Source of the DNA: Wolbachia endosymbiont of Onchocerca ochengi
GTDB taxonomy: Bacteria; Pseudomonadota; Alphaproteobacteria; Rickettsiales; Anaplasmataceae
Reading direction: 5' to 3'
DNA length: 32,000 nucleotides
Assembly (NCBI RefSeq): GCF_000306885.1
Contig: NC_018267.1
Coordinates: 300,001 to 332,000 of the forward strand
The notes under the pieces: generated by a model
Database searches by the model: none
The model's input: only the letters and a program-made list of their open reading frames with translations
Told to the model about the DNA's origin: nothing
Shown here: piece after piece, positions 1-8,189 of the stretch
Layout: the number at the start of each line of letters is the position of its first letter
Position numbering within the stretch: position 1 is the first letter of the stretch
Program-made: the position numbers and the translations under genes

Positions 1-269
1 ATCCAATACGTCCAACCAACAAAAAAAGCCACTGTAGAACCAAAGGCATGTTTTACATAAACATGAGGACCACCAGTTCTTGGAAATTTTGCACAGAGCA
101 AAGCAAAAACCAAAGCAAGAGATATAGCGCCAAATCCCGATATTATCGAGCTTATAGGACTATACATGCCATATGGAGCTAGGCTAATTGGAAGCATGAA
201 AATTCCCGAGCCAATTTGACTACTGACAACTAAGGCAAAGATAGCCAAAAAACCCATTTTATCTGACAC
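1..269 (-). CDS. APC-family amino acid permease / antiporter, N-terminal part only (runs off left edge)
   Basis: Reverse-strand reading from GTG at 269..267 gives VSDKMGFLAIFALVVSSQIGSGIFMLPISLAPYGMYSPISSISGFGAISLALVFALLCAKFPRTGGPHVYVKHAFGSTVAFFVGWTYWI. It has the APC-family TM1 signature (QIGSGIFMLP) and the FPRTGGPHVYV motif. The frame stays open upstream to about 419, so the start is uncertain. Confidence 0.8.
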   Translation of the reverse strand, partial: MSDKMGFLAIFALVVSSQIGSGIFMLPISLAPYGMYSPISSIISGFGAISLALVFALLCAKFPRTGGPHVYVKHAFGSTVAFFVGWTYW

Positions 270-582
270 AATGTTTTCTGATTTTAGTAAATAGATTAAC
301 AATTTCTGCCGTCCGCGCAAGTCATTCTGTTGCTCAGTAGCTGGTTCATGTTTATGCTTTTCTATTAAATAATCAAACTCAGCAAAAAATTTATTTGCAA
401 GCAGTGTAAAAGTGCACACTTAATTTCATCTTCATGTAGGAAATCTTATTGTTTAGGATTCTAGATACTCAACTTTTGCTCTTCAGCTGAGAACCACCTG
501 ACTATCAATAACTTTTACACTTATCACAATAATCAGAGTTTAGTAAGCAAGATGTACTTTACATTAAATCTAATATTTTAAA

Positions 583-1316
583 CTAAACACTTTCAGTAAT
601 ACCACCTGACATAACTGAAACCTTTGTGCCTTTACTTATTCTTAAGTAGTCTATTAGCTCATCAACCAATATATTCGCGGGAGCAGAGAGGATACCCCCC
701 TCTACGGTAATTCCTACCCTCTTTCTATGCCCTGTAACCAATTTTTATTCACATAGCTGTAGTTATCAATCAAACAAGCTCTCCTTCCTCTCGCAGTACA
801 CAGATCTAATAAGCGGTTTGTGTGACGTAAGATAAATTATCTAGATCATTAACCTTTAAATCGCGTACATCTTCTATGGTTTACACTAAAGCAATAGGAT
901 TTTTACTCTTCCTCTAATTTCCTTAGCCTCTGGGTAAGTTTCATGCCTAATCAGAATTAATTCTTTACATTATCCTCATACCTTTTTACTTCTTTGTGCA
1001 CTTTATTAACTAGGGGACATGTTGCGCCAATCACTTAAATACCCTTTTTTTTCGCCTCCTCTTCTACATTTTTTGCACTCAGTATGCACTGAAAATCAAT
1101 ATTCTACTATATTTATCAATATCCTCAACACTACTTATAAAAAACTACTCCTTGTCTCTTAAAAAGTTCTTTACTATATATTTGTTGTGAACAATTTAAT
1201 GTAGAACATAAACTCGGCGCTCGTTTTTATATTTTTTTTAAAAAATAGCCTAATATAGCTACAGCTCTTTTAACTTCTGCACAAAACCCGCGCGGTTCAG
1301 ATAAAATAATTCTCAC
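583..1316 (-). pseudogene. ispH: ispH/lytB (4-hydroxy-3-methylbut-2-enyl diphosphate reductase) pseudogene with frameshifts, stops and an internal deletion
   Basis: Ordered IspH-like fragments on the reverse strand across frames: [114 protein letters not shown]; [24 protein letters not shown]; then directly [64 protein letters not shown]. The DICYAT..NRQ and GS.NSSNS block is missing. Confidence 0.9.
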
Positions 1317-2184
1317 TTTTTCCAAATTAGATTGGTATGCAAGCAAACATTGCTTAAAAACAAGCTCCGCTCATCATATCTTATAGCACCATCATTTGTA
1401 TTTTATATAATAGTCATTTTTCGCATATTTTCTTTGACGTTTAATCAGTTTGATACTACAGAAGATTTAAGAAAGAGCACTCTCCAAAACGAACAGATAG
1501 ACCAACATTATATATACCAAAGTAGAAGAAAACCAGAGATTATAATAATACAACTGTATTCCATTTTAAATGGCCTTGAATATGAAAGTTTGTACAAAAT
1601 ACTTACTTCGAAAAAAAATTTACCTAGATAAAAAGGTACTCAATCTCAAAGAAGGTATTGATAACAAAAAATACCGATGTGCATAGATGATAAAAACATT
1701 GCTAGAGTTAAAGCATATGTAAATAAAACTAAATCGCAGTGCTTACGTACAGTTATAAAATAGCTGTAACTGCCTACGCATATTGTATAAACCGTAGCCA
1801 CAGTAGAGACAACAATGGGATATTTTACAACGTAATTTTAATATTGAATAAAGGAAAAGTATTAGAGAACAGACTATTACAAGAAGCTACTTCCAGTAGT
1901 AAGATAAGAAAATTACTAAGTACAACAGTAACAGATTAGAACAGACAGAAAAGCAAACATAAAAGTATATTTGATAAAAAGTAAGATTGATCAGCAGAAA
2001 AACAAAGTAAACATAACAAAGATGCAAATATAGCACCATCTATAAAAGAGTTAACTATGCTTGACTTAAGATACACAGTACTAATTTTCATTAATGAGCT
2101 TCATAATATACACACATCGGAGTAATGACCGCTTGCACATATAGCTAAAAATGCTATAAATAAAATAGCACCTATATTTAAATA

Positions 2185-2559
2185 TCACACCTGAGATGTA
2201 AACTGTATTTTCTTTATCAAAAAATTCAGTCTATAATCTTGTTTATCCTTATTGATACAAAGAAATCCATCTTCTGTTATTTTGCAGTTTTCAGGAGCAA
2301 TATCTAAATTGATTTTTTTACCACTTTCGTCCATACTAAAACGAACTCTTGGCTCAGAAAAGTTAATTACGTCAATTCCAACTTTCCTTGTTGCCTTTCC
2401 ATCTAGAGAAATCAAATCAAACTCCCAAATATTATTCGGATCTATATTTCCCGTATAATAATTACACTTACCGCTCGTACAGTATGAACTTTCAACTACA
2501 TAACCTTCACTAGGAACATCCACAAGAAAATCCCACAAATCACCTGACATATAGACCAC
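2185..2559 (-). CDS. hypothetical protein (124 aa), possibly a remnant
   Basis: Uninterrupted ORF with balanced composition (MVYMSGDLWDFLVDVPSEGYVVESSYCTSGKCNYYTGNIDPNNIWEFDL...). No family recognised. Confidence 0.4.
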   Translation of the reverse strand: MVYMSGDLWDFLVDVPSEGYVVESSYCTSGKCNYYTGNIDPNNIWEFDLISLDGKATRKVGIDVINFSEPRVRFSMDESGKKINLDIAPENCKITEDGFLCINKDKQDYRLNFLIKKIQFTSQV

Positions 2560-2670
2560 CTTTACACTTACTATTTAAAAAAACTATGTATATTTTTAAG
2601 TACATTTAGCTATAATACACCCCAAAACATAAAATTCAACAACTAGTTGTTGCGTAAGAAATCTAAGCAG

Positions 2671-3384
2671 CTACTTAATTCCTTTTGTTAACTTTTTTAC
2701 CATACCATCAATCATGTGCTTTATTCCTTGATATACAGAATACGTACCTTCGTCACTACGTATATAAGCAGAGCAGGAAAATACATTATGCTCTTCATCT
2801 TCTATTGATAATTCTGTATCACACTTTATATGCTCACCACCTAGCTTTTCTATCAATTTCTCCCTGTCATCTCCTATTGTTACCTTAATTCTATTCTTTT
2901 CCTTACCAATCCTACTACTTAAAATAAAAACAATTATTGCTGGAGATATACATATTGCTCCTATTGGTTTTTTTGTAATAAAAAACTCAGAAACTAATCT
3001 TTCAAATTCAGGTAGTACTGTTACCGCATCTCTGTTTTCACCCAAATTAGACAAATTCCTCGCAACCCCATATCCACCAGGTACAACTAACATGTCAAAA
3101 TCTTCAGCTTTTGCTTCTTTTAGGTCATATATTTCACCTCTCGTGATTCTTGCTGCTTCTACAAGTACATTCCTTTTTTCTTTCACTGCTTCTTTTGCTT
3201 TATGGTCCATGACCTGTGTAACATCAATATCAGGCGCAAAACATTTAACCTCAACTTCCTGTTGATCAAGAACCAGCAGACTTAAGACACCTTCCCTTAT
3301 TTCAGTACCGTCAAGGTGACCACACCCTGACAAAACCACAGCAGCTTTTAATTTTTTCTCACTCATAGAATACCTTATCTCCAT
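2671..3384 (-). CDS. elbB: ElbB-like glyoxalase / DJ-1-PfpI superfamily protein (isoprenoid biosynthesis glyoxalase ElbB)
   Basis: 237-aa ORF with AAVVLSGCGHLDGTEIREGVLSLLVLDQ, FDMLVVPGGYGVARNLSNLG and KPIGAICISPAI, typical of ElbB. Confidence 0.9.
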   Translation of the reverse strand: MEIRYSMSEKKLKAAVVLSGCGHLDGTEIREGVLSLLVLDQQEVEVKCFAPDIDVTQVMDHKAKEAVKEKRNVLVEAARITRGEIYDLKEAKAEDFDMLVVPGGYGVARNLSNLGENRDAVTVLPEFERLVSEFFITKKPIGAICISPAIIVFILSSRIGKEKNRIKVTIGDDREKLIEKLGGEHIKCDTELSIEDEEHNVFSCSAYIRSDEGTYSVYQGIKHMIDGMVKKLTKGIK

Positions 3385-3505
3385 ATAATCTAGGTATTGT
3401 AATACAAATTCTATATTTGGAAAGAGGTAATTATTTTATATCAATTCAAATATAATTGATAATTATTATGTATAATTAGTTATATTTATAACTAACAGAA
3501 ACTAA

Positions 3506-4233
3506 ATATGGTACAAGGTGACATAACAGATACTGGCAACAATGAGTACTTCACCCAAGATTCAATTAAATTAATTTAAAGAAATAACAGTTTAAAAGAA
3601 GAAACAAAAAAACTTCTGAATAGAATACAGACCTAAAAGATTTAGCTTTAACTAAAGCGAAAGATATAATTAATTTATTAAGCAATAATAAAAGTGATGG
3701 GTTCTTAAAAACTATATTAGAAGAACCATCAGAAAAAGAAAAACTCAAAAAACTAGCTAAATAAGTTGATAAAGATCAGACAATGATTAGAAAAACTCAA
3801 AATTTTAAAGTATAACCGATGATTGTTAATTCAAAAAAACTATTGAGAAAGCAACATAAAGCAGCATTTATAACACTGATAAGCACATTAATAGTTTATT
3901 TTAGCAATAAGAAAAAAATAACTGATGTTATTACTTAGATAGTGAAGCACACAGTATTTAGCAAGATTGTTTTAACAATAGCACTATAGAACTGTATTAG
4001 GTTAGTTACATATAAACATAAAGACGAAATAAAAGAAGAAGCAATTAACAGAGGAAAAAAAACTAAACATTTTATAGAGAAAATATACTTGATAAAATTC
4101 CTAAAGCTGAAACTTAAAAAAGAGAGAATTATTTTAATCAATTATATAAAGATGTGTAGTCAGAATGGTAAAAATAATAGACATGTTTCAAATAAAAAGC
4201 AACAGTTAATTATAAAATGGGCTAACAAAGGAT
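3506..4233 (+). pseudogene. degraded coding sequence of unknown family
   Basis: After a frameshift near 3660, one frame stays coding-like for about 540 nt with a few stops: LLSNNKSDGFLKTILEEPSEKEKLKKLAK*VDKDQTMIRKTQNFKV*PMIVNSKKLLRKQHKAAFITLISTLIVYFSNKKKITDVIT*IVKHTVFSKIVLTIAL*NCIRLVTYKHKDEIKEEAINRGKKTKHFIEKIYLIK. It includes one hydrophobic segment. Confidence 0.4.
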
Positions 4234-4422
4234 GAAACTATTCAAAGTTCTTCAGAAAAGGATATGAAAAGGCTAACGAAAAAGTGAAATGAAGTGCATC
4301 CAAATTTTCTTAGGTAGGTATCCAAGTTCCGAGGAAGTATAGAGATATAGCGAAAAGCATCAGCCTTAAATAACCTTGTTACGTAAGCTATTAATAATAC
4401 AATTTTTTTGAAAAAAGTTGCT

Positions 4423-5766
4423 CTACTTCCTACCTAGCATGTCTATTAAATCAGATTCTTTGAGTTTACTGTAATCAACTTTACCAAATTTATTAACTAT
4501 TGCGTTTATTTGATCATATTGCTTAATCAAAAGATTGATGTCCATTACATTCGTTCCAGAACCTTTGGCAATTCTAAGTCTTCTCTTACCATTTAAAATA
4601 TCTGGATCTCGTTTTTCTTTTTTAGTCATCGAATTTATAATAGCTATGTATTTTTTCACTCTGCCATCATCTGGTATTCCACTGCCTAATTTTTTTGTGA
4701 ACGAGCTTGGGATGAATCTAATTATATTGCTGATACCATCCATTTTTTTTAGGGTTTTTAGCATCCTTATCAAGTCATTTAAGTCAAATCTACCTTTTTT
4801 TATTTTCTCTTGCAGTTTATTAATTTCTTCCTGACCAACTATCTCAGCAGCTCTTTCAACCAACGAAACAACGTCACCCATGTCAAGTATTCTTCTTGCT
4901 ATTCTATCAGGATAAAAGTCGTCAAGGTCGCTTAATTTTTCACCACAAGCAATAAACTTAATTGGGCAATTAGTTATCATTCTCATAGAAAGGGCGGCAC
5001 CACCACGGGCATCACCGTCAACACGTGTAAGAACAATACCAGTTACACCTATTCTCTCATTGAATGATTTGACAATATTCACTGCATCTTGGCCAATCAT
5101 TGCATCAGCCACTAAAATAACTTCTGTAGGTGAAGTTATTTCCTTTATAGCTTTCAACTCATTCATCATATTGTTGTCGATATGAAGCCTACCTGCAGTA
5201 TCTAATATCAACACATCATAATTACCGTTTTTTGCCGCCGCCAGTGCTCTTTTTGTAATTGCAATAGGCCCCTCACCCACTACTGTAGGCAAAGTTTGTA
5301 CGTCTATTTGTTTTCCAAGCACTTCAAGCTGTTTCTGGGCAGCAGGCCTGTAAACGTCTAAAGAAACAAGCATTATTTTTTTCTTTTGTCTTTTTAGCTT
5401 TAAAGCAAGCTTCCCTGAAGTAGTTGTCTTACCTGCACCCTGTAAACCTACTATCATGATTACAGCGGGAGGCTTAACTGCTAGATTTAATTCGCTTTTC
5501 TTTGATCCAAGAATTGCAACCAAATTATCTTTCACAATTTTAATTATCATTTGCACTGGAGAAACACTTTTTATAACTTGCTCCCCTACTACTTTATCTT
5601 TAATATCACTAATAAATCTTTTAATAACTTCAAGAGAAACATCAGCTTCAATTAGGGCTATGCGTACCTCACGCATAGCAAGATTAAAATCATCCTCAGA
5701 AATGATTGATTTCCCTTTAAGCTTATTAAATACAGAATTTAAATTTTCAGTTAATGATTTAAACAT
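4423..5766 (-). CDS. ffh: signal recognition particle protein Ffh
   Basis: 447-aa ORF with NG domain GLQGAGKTTTSGKLA, DTAGRLH, TRVDGDARGGAAL and C-terminal M domain GSGIP. Confidence 0.97.
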   Translation of the reverse strand: MFKSLTENLNSVFNKLKGKSIISEDDFNLAMREVRIALIEADVSLEVIKRFISDIKDKVVGEQVIKSVSPVQMIIKIVKDNLVAILGSKKSELNLAVKPPAVIMIVGLQGAGKTTTSGKLALKLKRQKKKIMLVSLDVYRPAAQKQLEVLGKQIDVQTLPTVVGEGPIAITKRALAAAKNGNYDVLILDTAGRLHIDNNMMNELKAIKEITSPTEVILVADAMIGQDAVNIVKSFNERIGVTGIVLTRVDGDARGGAALSMRMITNCPIKFIACGEKLSDLDDFYPDRIARRILDMGDVVSLVERAAEIVGQEEINKLQEKIKKGRFDLNDLIRMLKTLKKMDGISNIIRFIPSSFTKKLGSGIPDDGRVKKYIAIINSMTKKEKRDPDILNGKRRLRIAKGSGTNVMDINLLIKQYDQINAIVNKFGKVDYSKLKESDLIDMLGRK

Positions 5767-7298
5767 AATAGCATTAGTAGAACACTCATTAAAAAAAGAG
5801 AAAAAGCAGAAACAAAACTCACTGAGTTACAATTTAGCACTTCTTTGAGTTTAGTAGCACTATTAAAGCATAAACCAATAAGTGAATTAGTCAAGTTTTG
5901 CAGCATGCTAGCAGATGTTTTCTTTACCTTAAAAACTAATTTATTAAGCAATAGAACAATATAGGGCATAAGAGCTCTGAAAGTCCAATCGACATCCATT
6001 TTAAAATTCATTCTTGGCAAAAAGAACTTATGCAAAGGAATAAACAACAAGGTGGTATATAATAGTAAATTAAATTGCGACCAAATATTCTCTGTGTTAT
6101 ATACAAAGTTAAAGATCAAAGGTTTATTGTAAATAGGCAAGTAAGGATTACCAGTGATCACACACATAAACGCTAAAATAGTCATTGCTATTTTACTATC
6201 CCTTTTTCCCGAAAGTTTCAACTTGCTTTTAGCAACAAATGTATAATAGAGAAACTTAAGCCCCACACTTAAATAAAGTGATAAATTCAGAGCTTTGTAC
6301 AAATTTTTGTACAACTCTAAATTAGTACCATTCATTTCAATTTCAGCTACAATACATGACTTACTAATAAACCCAGCAGTTCCAGGAAATCCAGCCATTG
6401 TAAGTACTGCAATTAAAGCACACATACTTTCGGCTGATATAAGTTTGCTCAATCCACTGAAACTAACCATTTTTGTTTGTGAAATAACTGAATTAGCAAC
6501 TACAAATAGTAATGACTGGTAACCAAGAGAGAAGATTATGTGCAGCGTTAAAATCGGTACTGCTTTTTCCGAAGAGCTAAGCAAGCTTCCTGCAATAATA
6601 AGTAAACCCATCTGCCCTATAACACCGTAACATAAAAATCTACGAATATTTTGTTCGAGAGAGGCAAATATAATGCTATAAATTACAGTTATAGAACCCA
6701 AAAACGCCAAAGTTTCAGTATGCATGATACAAGCGTGCAAAAGCATAGCTAAAAAAGAAACTTTAGTAGTAAATAAAGAAAGATATGCAGTACCATGTAA
6801 CGATGTAGCAGGGTATGCATCAACAACCCAAAACGAGAAAGGGAAACAAGCACAATTTATTAGTAAACCTATTATTACTAGATTAGAACTTTGAATTGCC
6901 AATCCTGCTGTTAACATAACTCCAGCAAAAAAGTGTATACAAGCATATCTTACCGCAGGCTCATTATCTTTACTACCAGCAATAATAAAAGATCCACTAA
7001 TGGCCATTAATTCACAAAATATGATAACCAATATTACCTGCTTAGATAATATTACACACAATGAACTAACAGTGTAAGCAAATGAAGATAGCATCTCTGA
7101 AAAGCTCAAGTTACTTGCTGGTAGAACAACTAGAAATGCAGTTAACAAAAAAGATATTAATATGACGCGAAAAGATAAATTAAAATTTAGAACTGGATGA
7201 GACAAGTTTAATGTTGCACCCAACCTTTCAGGTAGCATTAGTACTATACTTATTAATATAGCTAGAAGAAGTAACAGTGAAAGTTTGTAAAACTGCAC
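5751..7298 (-). CDS. proton-conducting antiporter subunit, MrpD/NuoN-like
   Basis: 515-aa polytopic membrane ORF with LHGTAYLSLFTTKVSFLAML, LGYQSLLFVVAN and LTMAGFPGTAGFISKSCIVAEIEM, characteristic of the proton_antipo_M family. Confidence 0.85.
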   Translation of the reverse strand: MQFYKLSLLLLLAILISIVLMLPERLGATLNLSHPVLNFNLSFRVILISFLLTAFLVVLPASNLSFSEMLSSFAYTVSSLCVILSKQVILVIIFCELMAISGSFIIAGSKDNEPAVRYACIHFFAGVMLTAGLAIQSSNLVIIGLLINCACFPFSFWVVDAYPATSLHGTAYLSLFTTKVSFLAMLLHACIMHTETLAFLGSITVIYSIIFASLEQNIRRFLCYGVIGQMGLLIIAGSLLSSSEKAVPILTLHIIFSLGYQSLLFVVANSVISQTKMVSFSGLSKLISAESMCALIAVLTMAGFPGTAGFISKSCIVAEIEMNGTNLELYKNLYKALNLSLYLSVGLKFLYYTFVAKSKLKLSGKRDSKIAMTILAFMCVITGNPYLPIYNKPLIFNFVYNTENIWSQFNLLLYTTLLFIPLHKFFLPRMNFKMDVDWTFRALMPYIVLLLNKLVFKVKKTSASMLQNLTNSLIGLCFNSATKLKEVLNCNSVSFVSAFSLFLMSVLLMLLCLNH

Positions 7299-7417
7299 GA
7301 TGATCTAAGCTAACATGGTTTATTATATCTAAATGAATAGACAAAAACCAATCTTTATGCAATCACCTTTTAACTACTAATTAAACTAACTATCATATAA
7401 TTATATTAGAGTTATAG

Positions 7418-7456
7418 AAAACCGGTCAGATTAGATCTAATCTAACCGGCAGTTTT
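7418..7456. repeat. near-perfect palindrome (possible terminator or small palindromic element)
   Basis: aaaaccggtcagattagatctaatctaaccggcagtttt. It has a perfect 16-nt core agattagatctaatct (7428-7443), flanking ccggt/accgg arms after one mismatch, and outer aaaa/tttt. Confidence 0.6.
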
Positions 7457-7504
7457 AATAGTGAGGTAAGCTTCACTATAACATGTTCACTCTATAGTAC
7501 TATA

Positions 7505-7538
7505 CTCGTGCGTAATTCATTTTAAATTTATGCACGAG
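7505..7538. repeat. imperfect inverted repeat / hairpin
   Basis: ctcgtgcgtaa...ttatgcacgag, arms matching except one position, about 10 nt spacer. Confidence 0.5.
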
Positions 7539-8189
7539 AATTAGTAAATTATTTACTTTCTAAAACAAAGTTTAGTATTGCCCTTTTATCACTAGCGTAA
7601 AGTCAACTATTTTCTTAACTTTACGTTATCTATATTAAAATGGTTATTGCAATATAAAGTTACCAATAATACACGTGTGCTAAAATAATAGGTGAAGAAG
7701 TACTGAGTAATAGCAAGTCTGATAATTGTGCCATTCCAACTAGCACTAGAATGAAGAAAACTGTACAGCAATGTTGATATTCCTCTATGTCATGTTCTAA
7801 GGGACTATACAGAATACTGACGTTTCTTTACATTTCTACCGTCAACCCAGACAGATAACCATATTACACTCATCTAACATACTTAATACCCTACTATGAA
7901 AAAATAGCCTTACTATAAGTCTTCCACATAACAACATTTACGCAGTTAACACTTATCAACGCCAGAAAGAAAATTTCCTTTTTTGCACTACTCTCAGCTA
8001 TAATATCTATTCTATTACCTTCTTTATCTCTTGCTGAAAATGCACTATTACCCTCGCTTAGTAATATTGTTACTTTGGAAAGATAAGTACTAAGTAATAT
8101 ATCATAATATTATCTTAATAAAAAGATTATCATAACATAAATTTATTAATAAATAACACACATCACAGTACAACTAATGTTAGATAGAT

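Noticed and set aside
1332-1631. 99-aa plus-strand ORF in the track
   Set aside because: Lies just beyond the ispH relic start in AT-rich decayed DNA, has no recognisable family and has low-complexity composition. Probably spurious.
1739-1939. 66-aa plus-strand ORF (NNGIFYNVILILNKGKVLENRLL)
   Set aside because: Briefly resembles the amidase part of NAD synthase, but the surrounding sequence does not support it. Too weak to call even as a pseudogene.
4535-4834. Plus-strand ORFs opposite ffh (4535-4834 and 5456-5848)
   Set aside because: Antisense shadows of a well-supported conserved gene, with no homology of their own.
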